Positions 1 through 7,495 are shown, counted from the stretch's first letter. The stretch is 12,241 nt of DNA from Candidatus Heimdallarchaeota archaeon B3_Heim (GCA_003144275.1 NJBF01000071.1:1-12241); one strand, 5' to 3'. Program-made: numbers and translations. Notes: generated by a model not told the origin, from the letters alone.

Positions 1-1
1 T

Positions 2-112
2 GTTGATTGGCTAGATTATGATCAGAAATACGGCAGTACTCTTCCAAATCTTCTAACTGCCCTCATAAAAGTAGTTCCTTCAATGGAGGTGACGCGTTGT
101 AAAAGCTATTAA
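2..112 (+). CDS. Probable 3' end of a gene starting upstream of the window (partial, ...VDWLDYDQKYGSTLPNLLTALIKVVPSMEVTRCKSY*)
   Basis: Frame open from base 2 to TAA at 110-112. Too short to assign a function. Confidence 0.4.
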   Translation, partial: VDWLDYDQKYGSTLPNLLTALIKVVPSMEVTRCKSY

Positions 113-191
113 AAAAAAAGTGGAAAAGAAGGGGGAGTAAAAGACAATAATCTCTACAAATTGTAAATAATCTCTCCGTAACCTTCTAGAT

Positions 192-647
192 TTATCTGAA
201 GTGATATTCCATCGGGAGAAAAGAACGAATAAACATTAAAAACGCTTCTTTTAATGGTTTAAGATCAAAGATCAACTCTTTTGTTATCAAAGCTTCACCT
301 AGATCGCCATTAGAATTATGACTAAGTACCAATGCCGTCTGAATGGGGGAGGATTCCATGAAATCACCTGCACCGATCAACACGAAATCATGCTGATTTT
401 GACCACCCCTATAGGATACTTCAATGGTCAAGAGGTCGCCATCAAGCTCAACATGTAGAAAGTTGAAGCCATCTCCTGATGGCGCAATATAGGCTGACCT
501 ATCAATATCAATTGGCTGTATTACCCGATAATCATCTGCTAAAGAGAGGGGATTTAGCTGATTCGCTACTATTAATCCTACACCAAGAATAGTTGGTAAT
601 CCAACTACTAACAAGATTCCAATTCGTATTTTCGTGGAAATATTCAA
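192..647 (-). CDS. Hypothetical protein with a single N-terminal membrane anchor and a small beta-rich extracellular domain
   Basis: 151 aa ORF with TTG start. Hydrophobic N-terminus (IGILLVVGLPTILGVGLIVA). TATA-like TTTATTTA at 678-685 on the minus strand. Confidence 0.8.
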   Translation of the reverse strand: MNISTKIRIGILLVVGLPTILGVGLIVANQLNPLSLADDYRVIQPIDIDRSAYIAPSGDGFNFLHVELDGDLLTIEVSYRGGQNQHDFVLIGAGDFMESSPIQTALVLSHNSNGDLGEALITKELIFDLKPLKEAFLMFIRSFLPMEYHFR

Positions 648-677
648 TTATTTCACCAAGTAGCTATCAAATCTCCT

Positions 678-685
678 TAAATAAA
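678..685 (-). promoter_or_regulatory. Putative archaeal TATA box for 192..647
   Basis: Minus strand TTTATTTA, about 31 nt upstream of the TTG start. Confidence 0.45.
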
Positions 686-862
686 ATACCATGCAATCGA
701 ACAGGCTGGTCTAATTAATGAAACATATGTTCGAATTTGTAGACTCTAGGAGAAATCAAATTGGCTTAGTGCATTGATCTTGGATAACCCCAAAGATGAA
801 TGTAAAATGAGTGAAAACGACATCCAAACTCTCATCGGGAAAAGAAGTTGTTTTGACAAGCA

Positions 863-971
863 GAACACACACTATTTGACTCCTGACGGTTTTTTTTCTA
901 AAAAAAACGAGAGGACTGAAAATTTCCACATTAATCTAGGGTTAATAGCCCGTGGACGAAGAGTGGTAGCT
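863..971 (+). repeat. Modular intergenic element copy 1 (boxes B-C-D, box A absent)
   Basis: GAACACACACTATTTGACTCCTGACGG (863-889), ACGAGAGGACTGAAAATTTCCACATT (907-932), TAGCCCGTGGACGAAGAGTGGTAGCT (946-971). Confidence 0.93.
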
Positions 972-1691
972 CTACCCTATTTTCCTCAATTCTAAATAAA
1001 GAATATCACCCTTCATCCATTCATTGACTATGTTAAAGTTAGACTTCTGTGCTAAGTCTTTAAAATAGTCAATACTCTGCATCTGCCATAAAACACCATA
1101 TCCTGCTTCCACATCCTCAGTTGGTAATTCTACATTCAACTGTATCAGGAAGGCTTTATAATCTGCAAACTTCCTTGGAATATTGACGTCCCAGATTAAA
1201 AATTTCCCATTACTTTCTAAAACTCTATAAACCTCTTCAAATATTTTCAAATGGTCATGAAGTGGAATATACATTAGAGAAAAGAAAGCTGTGCATACAC
1301 TGAATGATTTTGGTAAAAAAATAAGCTTCGTTGCGTCCATGACAATTTTTAGTGCCTTATTTTCAGTCTCCAGTAATTCTTTTTCACTTTTATCAATCGC
1401 AACAACTTGATTGCCGTTTAATTTACCTATTATACCTTCTCCTCCTCCTCCGATATCGAGAATATACCCTTCTGTTTCTATTGGGATTAATTGGAGAGAT
1501 TGCTTTTTTGGACTATAACTAAACTGTTGTACAAATTCCATGATCTGGGTAAGTAAATTTTCATTTCCTTTTGCTTTAGCCAGATCTATAGCTTTTCTTA
1601 CTTTTTCAACGGCATCATCAAGCTTATCTTCCATGAGATCCAATTCTGCATCCTTAAGAAGCCTTTTAATTGTATTTTCTTCAACATTCAT
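972..1691 (-). CDS. Class I SAM-dependent methyltransferase with an N-terminal helical extension
   Basis: Motif I ILDIGGGGEG, acidic residue at the end of beta2 (VVAIDKS), VMDATKL, FSVCTAFFSLMYI, VYRVLESNGKFLIWD. Confidence 0.9.
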   Translation of the reverse strand: MNVEENTIKRLLKDAELDLMEDKLDDAVEKVRKAIDLAKAKGNENLLTQIMEFVQQFSYSPKKQSLQLIPIETEGYILDIGGGGEGIIGKLNGNQVVAIDKSEKELLETENKALKIVMDATKLIFLPKSFSVCTAFFSLMYIPLHDHLKIFEEVYRVLESNGKFLIWDVNIPRKFADYKAFLIQLNVELPTEDVEAGYGVLWQMQSIDYFKDLAQKSNFNIVNEWMKGDILYLELRKIG

Positions 1692-1852
1692 ATGAGACCC
1701 AGTAATCTTTCATTTTTTCATAAGGTTCAAAACAAATTTTTCATCAGATAAGTGGTTATTATACACGTGTAAATAGAAAAAGCTTTGCTTTGGTAAGGAT
1801 AGAATGTTTTTCTATAAAAAGACGTAATATTCGATGACTGGATAATTAGAAG

Positions 1853-1982
1853 GACCACCAGACATAAGATCAGAAGACTCACGAACACACTCTATTTGAC
1901 TCCTGAAGGCTTTTTCTGGATAAAAACGAGAGGACTGACATTTCCATATTTTACAGTACCCACGTTTCATGATTGCACCTAT
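1853..1982 (+). repeat. Modular intergenic element copy 2 (A-B-C plus degenerate D)
   Basis: GACCACCAGACATAAGATCAGAAGACTCACGAACACACTCTATTTGACTCCTGAAGGC from 1853, box C at 1926-1950, degenerate D AGTACCCACGTTTCATGATTGCACCTAT at 1955-1982. Confidence 0.93.
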
Positions 1983-2085
1983 CCTATTGAGTGAGCTTAA
2001 GTAGGGATCGACTTCACATAAACCCACGAAATAATTGACAATTTAAAAACTAAAGAATTGCTATTTCTTTACCATATGAAGGGAT

Positions 2086-3486
2086 TTAATCAGAGGATTG
2101 ACTTTGGGGCCTAAAAAACCACTCAATAATACACATTGCAATAGATGAGACTTCAAAGAAATTAAAGTAATCTTCCGTTTGAATTCTAAACTTTTTACGG
2201 ACATACCTAGAATCTTGTGAATAAATCGAAGCAACTAATGTGTTTTGCTGATCATAAACACCTATTTCTGAAAAGCTAATTTTGGAAATAAGGAAAGATT
2301 CTTGGGCTGTTTTAATAAGACCACACGCTTTTGGATATTGAAACATGTTTACGCTGAATAATTTGAATCGAACATTGGTTTCTTGAACTCCTGACGAAGA
2401 AGGGATTATTTTCCATCTAGTAAAAAAGAAATTACCTTTGATCTGACCCATATGACGTCCGTCTGAAGCTGTAATAACCATCCTACGTGGAAACCAGACA
2501 TAAGTAATTATCAATACAACCCCCAATGAAAAAATAAGAACATAAGGAGTAGTAAATATTCCAAAAGTGCCCAAGGGCACAATAAAAATCATTATGAGTA
2601 AGAGATATATCAAGAGTCGGTTCATTGCTGTTCTTGTGCCTGTTAGCTGTTCCTTCAGGGATTGGATTACATATTCGACCTTCATAGTCCCCGATTTTTG
2701 GACAAAATAAGCGTTTTGATCCCGTTCTTTCATTACCTCCTCTTCTTTGGCCAGCTCTTCTTCAAGGAATTCAATATTGATTCCTTGTTTTTCCATTTTC
2801 TGACGTACTTTTTGATTTTGGAGGCTCTCCTTCAAAAAATCCCGGCGTTCTTCAGGAAAATGTCGAAAGGCACGAAGAAAATGGTTTGTTCTATCAACAG
2901 GTGGTTTTAAAGCTTTTTTTCTTTCTTTTGAAGGTGAAGTAAACGCCCATACTAGAAAGATGAGATTTAAAAGAAAGGTTATCACGATCCCAAGAAAAAA
3001 GTAAGGTAAGATTACAAAAAATAGTGGGAGAACAACAATTCCTAGCATCATATTTGGAACTCGATAGCCTTCAGGAAACGGATCTGGAGGGTCTAAGCGA
3101 ATATTTAGCCCTCCCCGCACCAACGAAAGTATGAGTAACAGAGTAATATACACAAGTAGAATGAAATCTTCCTCAGATCGTGTAAAAGGACCCAGATTAT
3201 TAGCATTCACAACTTGTACAAATTGAATTAGTAGAAATACGGATATGAGTATGTAGGTTCCATCAACTAGCCAACTAATTAATGTTTTAGTTACTTTTGC
3301 GTCATCTGGATGCATTCCATAATCAGCTGAAGGAGTAGAAGAAGTGTGACCAGGTGAATCCAGTATTTCCGCCTTAAAATCTTGGTCAGGGAATGACTTG
3401 CCAATTTTCGACGAAAGGTAAGTACTACAGTTTTCACAGTAGGTTGGAGGCTTTTTATATTCCTTTCCACATAAGGGGCATTTCAT
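2086..3486 (-). CDS. Zinc-ribbon plus multi-pass membrane protein with a possible C-terminal LURP-one/scramblase (tubby-C-like) domain
   Basis: N-terminal CPLC-x11-CENC, several hydrophobic helices and a charged linker. The C-terminal beta-rich repeat pattern (ITASDGRHMGQIKG; VYDQQNTLVASI) ends in a hydrophobic helix. The domain call is inference. Confidence 0.8.
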   Translation of the reverse strand: MKCPLCGKEYKKPPTYCENCSTYLSSKIGKSFPDQDFKAEILDSPGHTSSTPSADYGMHPDDAKVTKTLISWLVDGTYILISVFLLIQFVQVVNANNLGPFTRSEEDFILLVYITLLLILSLVRGGLNIRLDPPDPFPEGYRVPNMMLGIVVLPLFFVILPYFFLGIVITFLLNLIFLVWAFTSPSKERKKALKPPVDRTNHFLRAFRHFPEERRDFLKESLQNQKVRQKMEKQGINIEFLEEELAKEEEVMKERDQNAYFVQKSGTMKVEYVIQSLKEQLTGTRTAMNRLLIYLLLIMIFIVPLGTFGIFTTPYVLIFSLGVVLIITYVWFPRRMVITASDGRHMGQIKGNFFFTRWKIIPSSSGVQETNVRFKLFSVNMFQYPKACGLIKTAQESFLISKISFSEIGVYDQQNTLVASIYSQDSRYVRKKFRIQTEDYFNFFEVSSIAMCIIEWFFRPQSQSSD

Positions 3487-3662
3487 TTGTGTTCCAGAAA
3501 AACAGGACTTCGAGCTTAAAATGTTTAACTATAACGATTGCGTTACTCTCAAAACAATCTTCGAAATTAAATATGTGAAATTGTTCTAAAAACCTAAGAA
3601 ATCTACTACTACAAACTAATTTCAAAAATGATAATAATGGGAGATATACATTGGGAATAAGT

Positions 3663-3811
3663 GACACCAGACAGAAGACCAGAAGTATTTCTACATTAAT
3701 CAACACACACTCATTATGACTCCTTAAGGCTATTACTTGGAAGTAAACGAGAGGACTGAACATTTCCATACTAATTCTTAAATAGTGGCCCGTGTGCGAT
3801 GAGTGGCAGCT
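3663..3811 (+). repeat. Modular intergenic element copy 3 (complete A-B-C-D)
   Basis: GACACCAGACAGAAGACCAGAA from 3663, CAACACACACTCATTATGACTCCTTAAGGC (3701-3730), box C at 3747-3772, GGCCCGTGTGCGATGAGTGGCAGCT ending 3811. Confidence 0.95.
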
Positions 3812-4003
3812 ATGAATCTATGGTTATGTTAAAGTGAAAAGTGGAGAGATTCGATCACCACTGGTATAAATATCGGAAAAAGAGAAGATATCTATTTCAG
3901 GTCAAATTTTGCCTTCTTAACATTAGATAAAAATTAAATGGTTCTCAAACTTCACAAAGAGAGTGAACAATACTTCATTAAGAAGAAATTTTGAATTCAT
4001 CAA

Positions 4004-4011
4004 TTATATAT
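4004..4011 (+). promoter_or_regulatory. Putative archaeal TATA box for 4044..4571
   Basis: TTATATAT about 33 nt upstream of the TTG start. GAGGGAA lies just before the start. Confidence 0.5.
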
Positions 4012-4043
4012 AATCTACTAATCCGCAACTTACGAGGGAACAA

Positions 4044-4571
4044 TTGACCGATATTAATCAAACGAATAAGTATATAATTAGAGTCTCTCTATTATGCCAT
4101 CCTGAGGACCTACTGTTCCCGTTAATCCGTGCATTGATTCAAAAATATAAAGGGCAAACTACAAATCAAACATTTGAAGACTTAACTCTCACTGCTTCGA
4201 CAATAAAGATCCGCATTGCTAATAGAATTGTAAAAGTGATTTTAGTCCAACCTATTGGTCGTGGATTCTTTAAAAAAAGGTTCGGTCACCACTTTCGTTC
4301 TAGTGGAGCCATTATTGCATTTTCAAAAGATAACAATGATTCGTTTGAAGCATCAAGGGCCTATTACCAGCGTTTCAAGGATATCAATACTGCTGATGTT
4401 CCAATTGCATTTGTTGGGATTCAAGAGTCACCTGATGACCTTGTTACTAATGAAGCAATCCAGCTGGAGGTGGGTACATCTGAATTCTATTATTTCATTC
4501 AGCATAATGATTTCGAAGTATTAGGGAAAATCCTCCTCTCCTTAGGAACAAAAATCTTCACACCAGCTTAG
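4044..4571 (+). CDS. Ras/Rab-fold protein with degenerate nucleotide-binding motifs (putative pseudo-GTPase)
   Basis: Rab-like spacing and segments (TIKIRIANRIVKVILV, HFRSSGAIIAFSKDNNDSFE, VPIAFVG). No GxxxxGK[ST], DxxG or NKxD motif. Confidence 0.7.
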   Translation: MTDINQTNKYIIRVSLLCHPEDLLFPLIRALIQKYKGQTTNQTFEDLTLTASTIKIRIANRIVKVILVQPIGRGFFKKRFGHHFRSSGAIIAFSKDNNDSFEASRAYYQRFKDINTADVPIAFVGIQESPDDLVTNEAIQLEVGTSEFYYFIQHNDFEVLGKILLSLGTKIFTPA

Positions 4572-4646
4572 CAGTTGTTATTCACAGCTACATATGAGTA
4601 TGGAAATAGAGAATTAGTAAGAATTGAGAAAAATAAAAGTGAGAAA

Positions 4647-4757
4647 GACCATCAGACATAAGATCAGAAAGACGCAACACACACCCTTTTAGACTCCTTA
4701 AGGCTTTTTTTCTAGAATACACGAGGGGACTGACACTTTCTACAATTCTTCCAAGAA
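4647..4757 (+). repeat. Modular intergenic element copy 4 (A-B-C, D absent)
   Basis: GACCATCAGACATAAGATCAGAA from 4647, CAACACACACCCTTTTAGACTCCTTAAGGC, ACGAGGGGACTGACACTTTCTACAAT (4721-4746), then hairpin TTCTT-CC-AAGAA (4746-4757). Confidence 0.93.
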
Positions 4758-4766
4758 ATGGAAATT

Positions 4767-5327
4767 TTATATCTGATCAAGATAGATATTTCCTAGACGA
4801 TCAAGAACTTCTGAAACATTAATTCCTGTCTTTGCTGAAACGGGGAAATACTGAACAGAAAAACCAAATTCTAAGGTTCTCTTACTTAAGGTGTCACAAA
4901 ATTCAAGAGCTTGAGAGTCACTTACGAAATTAGGGGAATCTGCAGAGCCAACTGAAACACGAAGGTCAATTTTGTTACCAACAAGAATGATCGGTATAAC
5001 ACCCTTCCCATTGTGTTTAAAAATTGCCTCAATCCAAAATTCACAAGCTGCAAAAGATTCAGGATCAGTAACATCAAACATGACTATTGCACCCAGAGCA
5101 CCATAATAAAAAACCGAACGAATAGTACCTTCTTTTGCTAAGGGAACTAAATCCCAGAGCTGAAATTTGATACTTAGATTACGGATCATCCTATATGTTA
5201 AACAAAAATCAGCACCTATAGTCGCTGCATAGTGTGGAGAAAAACTCTTAGGACAAAAATATTGTAAATAGGAAGTTTTTCCAACTCCAGGATTACCAAC
5301 TAAGACGATTTTCATGAGATAAGACAT
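4767..5327 (-). CDS. Rab-like small GTPase
   Basis: G1 GNPGVGKT, G2 ATIGADF, atypical G3 WDLVP (DxxG glycine lost), G4 NKID, G5 SAK. Confidence 0.92.
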   Translation of the reverse strand: MSYLMKIVLVGNPGVGKTSYLQYFCPKSFSPHYAATIGADFCLTYRMIRNLSIKFQLWDLVPLAKEGTIRSVFYYGALGAIVMFDVTDPESFAACEFWIEAIFKHNGKGVIPIILVGNKIDLRVSVGSADSPNFVSDSQALEFCDTLSKRTLEFGFSVQYFPVSAKTGINVSEVLDRLGNIYLDQI

Positions 5328-5356
5328 AGAAATGCCCCATGGAGGAAGATCGATGA

Positions 5357-5364
5357 ATATAAAA
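5357..5364 (-). promoter_or_regulatory. Putative archaeal TATA box for 4767..5327
   Basis: Minus strand TTTTATAT, 30 nt upstream of ATG. Confidence 0.5.
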
Positions 5365-5445
5365 CTTAAACTACTTCATATGAGTTTGGAAATGGAGAAA
5401 GTTTTGAAAAAGAAAAACAATGAAAATCTAATGAGATCCTAGAAG

Positions 5446-5594
5446 GACCACTAGACCTAAGATCAGAATTTTCTTTAAAAACAACACAGATACGCTATTA
5501 GACTCCTTAAGGCTTTTCTTTAAGAGAATACGAGAGGCCTGAGAATTTCCACACTAATTTTTACTTAGTAGCCATTGTGCGATTAGTGGCAGCT
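5446..5594 (+). repeat. Modular intergenic element copy 5 (complete A-B-C-D)
   Basis: GACCACTAGACCTAAGATCAGAA from 5446, CAACACAGATACGCTATTAGACTCCTTAAGGC, ACGAGAGGCCTGAGAATTTCCACACT (5530-5555), GTAGCCATTGTGCGATTAGTGGCAGCT ending 5594. Confidence 0.93.
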
Positions 5595-5655
5595 GGCAGA
5601 GCATGTCAGTAGGCAACAAGAAATGGAGGACTTAGTCAGTAACTAAGAAAAATCG

Positions 5656-6183
5656 TCATTCACCCTCACTTGGTGGAAAAAAAGTCCAATTCCTGGAGGT
5701 TATGACTTCTAAGAAAACAAAAAATCGGAAAATAATCGCATATTTAGACACAGATGCCAGTCTGAAAGAAAGAATAGTAGCGAGGGAAGGAGAAAAGAAA
5801 AAGGAATAGATAACAATAGCCAAAAAGGAAGCAAGAAAATTTAATAGCAACACGGAAAAAATAAAGGGAGGAATAAAATACCAGAGCAGCCCAGGAGGAA
5901 GAGACCAAGTAGAATAAGGGGTTTCAGTTATAATCGGAAAATTGAAGAAATTTAAATGAATATCAATCGTCCAGCAGAGATCAGGAATAGTGCTTGCAAA
6001 ATTTAAGGGAAAGGAAAAAGAACGGGTGAGATCAGAATTCAGAAGGGACAAGGAAGAAATCGTAAATACAACAAAAAGAATCAAAACGGGAAGACGATAA
6101 GACGGACGGGCAGGAAAAAGGGAAGCAGTATGGAGACTACCGAAATGCCAGATGAGGAGTGTAAAAAGGATGCATAGCAACAA
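5656..6183 (-). CDS. Hypothetical multi-pass membrane protein, paralog of 6433..6852
   Basis: 175 aa, TTG start, very hydrophobic. Shares IWHxG, SxLNxDLT, SFP and FFxFxIxTE in order with the neighbouring ORF. Confidence 0.65.
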   Translation of the reverse strand: MLLCILFTLLIWHFGSLHTASLFPARPSYRLPVLILFVVFTISSLSLLNSDLTRSFSFPLNFASTIPDLCWTIDIHLNFFNFPIITETPYSTWSLPPGLLWYFIPPFIFSVLLLNFLASFLAIVIYSFFFSPSLATILSFRLASVSKYAIIFRFFVFLEVITSRNWTFFPPSEGE

Positions 6184-6248
6184 GATCTAATTCTCATCCT
6201 AAAAAATGATAAACAACACTAGTCAATCCCTCATTGCGATGATCAAAA

Positions 6249-6377
6249 GACCAGCAGACATAAGACCAGAAGACTCACGAACACACACTCATTTGGACTC
6301 CTTAAGCTAACTAACGAGAGGACTGAAAATTTCCACATTGTTTAGTAAATATTAGACCGTGTGCGATGAGTGGTATT
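6249..6377 (+). repeat. Modular intergenic element copy 6 (complete A-B-C-D, B-C linker hairpin deleted)
   Basis: GACCAGCAGACATAAGACCAGAAGACTCACGAACACACACTCATTTGGACTCCTTAAGC from 6249, box C exact at 6314-6339, AGACCGTGTGCGATGAGTGGTAT ending near 6376. Confidence 0.95.
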
Positions 6378-6432
6378 GAATAGCAATTGCTAACATGTCA
6401 ACCGAAGCCTCCACGTGTACACTACTGCTCTA

Positions 6433-6852
6433 TCAACGGGAGGTTCTAAAGACAAAGGAGCAGAAACTAATGACTACAAATGTAAAAAAGAAATTAAGAA
6501 AGAGAACCAATAAAGTAATTGACGGAGAATAAAGAAGGAGAAGCTCAGGCCAACCAAGGATAGAGCGACCCAGAACCTCAGTAAAGATCGTAAAATCAAA
6601 AAACTCGAGACGGACATACCATAAAGGAAGGACGGGATCAATTTCACTAGTGATATGAAATGGAAAAGACAAAAAATGGGTGAGATCAAGGTTTAAGACA
6701 GACAACAGGGAGAGAACAAGGATTACCGAAAAAACCAGCAAGTGAAGGAGAAAACGAAAGCGAGAAAAAACTGACGCATACTTCGTCGTCCCAAGATGCC
6801 AGATAAGGACACCAAGAAGGATACTAAGAAGGAAATCGATTCCTCCAGCCAA
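6433..6852 (-). CDS. Hypothetical multi-pass membrane protein, paralog of 5656..6183
   Basis: 139 aa, ATG start, hydrophobic. Colinear similarity to 5656..6183. Confidence 0.7.
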   Translation of the reverse strand: MAGGIDFLLSILLGVLIWHLGTTKYASVFSRFRFLLHLLVFSVILVLSLLSVLNLDLTHFLSFPFHITSEIDPVLPLWYVRLEFFDFTIFTEVLGRSILGWPELLLLYSPSITLLVLFLNFFFTFVVISFCSFVFRTSR

Positions 6853-6892
6853 TCATAGTGAATGTCAACAGAATAGTTCCCTCAAGATAAAA

Positions 6893-7006
6893 GACCTTCA
6901 GACATAAGATCAGAAATATTTCTCATTAAATCAACACCCACTATAGTGACTGACTCCAGAGGGCATTTTCTTAAAAAAAAAAGATGGGATTACTAATATC
7001 CAAATT
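6893..7006 (+). repeat. Modular intergenic element copy 7 (A-B plus diverged C)
   Basis: GACCTTCAGACATAAGATCAGAA from 6893, CAACACCCACTATAGTGACTGACTCCAGAGGGC, AAGATGGGATTACTAATATCCAAATT (6981-7006) aligns without gaps to box C at 17 of 26 positions. Confidence 0.85.
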
Positions 7007-7063
7007 GCTCTGAAATATTAGTCTTTGTCGTAATCAATAATGAAAAATTGACTTCATCAATTT

Positions 7064-7468
7064 TTATGTCATATCATGAACATAGGGAATAGCTAGATTA
7101 ACAGCGAAAGCAACTAGAAGAAAAATGAATTGAATTCCCCCAACATCGGGGCCAGTCAATGCATTCGGGATCAGCATATATGCACCATAGAGAAAGGCTA
7201 GTACTGCCGCAACTAATGCTTTAAATTTTTGATCCGCATTCGTAGGCGGAGTATTGGAACCATATTTCTCAACTGCACCAACTCCCACCATTAATAAAAC
7301 TCCTATCCCTACTATGAAAAATTCAATCGTACCAGGATCTTCAGTAGACGAAGTAAGATTGAAATAAAGCTCAACAAGGGCCAGAATAGCTATAGAAGAT
7401 GCAGGAATTGCTTCTTTTATACTTCGTAAGTAATCTGTCATACTTTCAACTTTAGGCATTAAAAACAC
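7064..7468 (-). CDS. Small hypothetical membrane protein (about 4 TM helices)
   Basis: 134 aa with four hydrophobic segments. TATA-like TTTATATA at 7496-7503. The start could be GTG 7468 or a slightly downstream ATG. Confidence 0.75.
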   Translation of the reverse strand: MFLMPKVESMTDYLRSIKEAIPASSIAILALVELYFNLTSSTEDPGTIEFFIVGIGVLLMVGVGAVEKYGSNTPPTNADQKFKALVAAVLAFLYGAYMLIPNALTGPDVGGIQFIFLLVAFAVNLAIPYVHDMT

Positions 7469-7495
7469 CTCAGCCGTTAAAGTGAGTTATTATCC

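Noticed and set aside
907-932. tRNA gene
   Set aside because: Only an anticodon-arm-like segment is present, with no D arm, T arm (GTTCRA) or acceptor stem.
774-995. ORF 774..995 (+)
   Set aside because: It runs through element copy 1 and overlaps the methyltransferase end. The frame is not kept in other copies.
1856-1883. Xer/dif-like site in box A (the minus strand reads TTATGTCTGGT, like a XerD arm)
   Set aside because: The opposite arm after a 6-bp spacer is not an inverted match and is not conserved. ATAA is AGAA in copies 3 and 9.
1812-2027. ORF 1812..2027 (-)
   Set aside because: It is largely the antisense of element copy 2, with no protein-like features.
2662-2910. ORF 2662..2910 (+)
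   Set aside because: Antisense shadow inside the 466 aa gene.
3393-3769. ORFs 3393..3578 (+) and 3455..3769 (-)
   Set aside because: They overlap the start of the zinc-ribbon gene, and 3455..3769 also runs through element copy 3. No recognisable motifs.
3715-3770. Hammerhead or twister ribozyme
   Set aside because: The CTGA motifs are not followed by the NGA and stem II-GAAA core, and twister pseudoknot elements are not found. An unknown ribozyme is not excluded.
3785-3811. Group II intron domain V or 5' end (GCCCGTGTGCGATGA; GTGCG)
   Set aside because: It resembles the 5' half of domain V, but the complementary 3' arm, domain VI and an RT ORF are all absent.
3663-3811. Classical MITE or IS
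   Set aside because: No terminal inverted repeats or target-site duplications are evident, all copies share one orientation, and no transposase is present.
4255-4524. ORF 4255..4524 (+)
   Set aside because: Alternative frame inside the Ras-fold gene.
6474-6689. ORF 6474..6689 (-)
   Set aside because: Alternative frame inside 6433..6852, kept open by the stop-poor T/C-rich strand.
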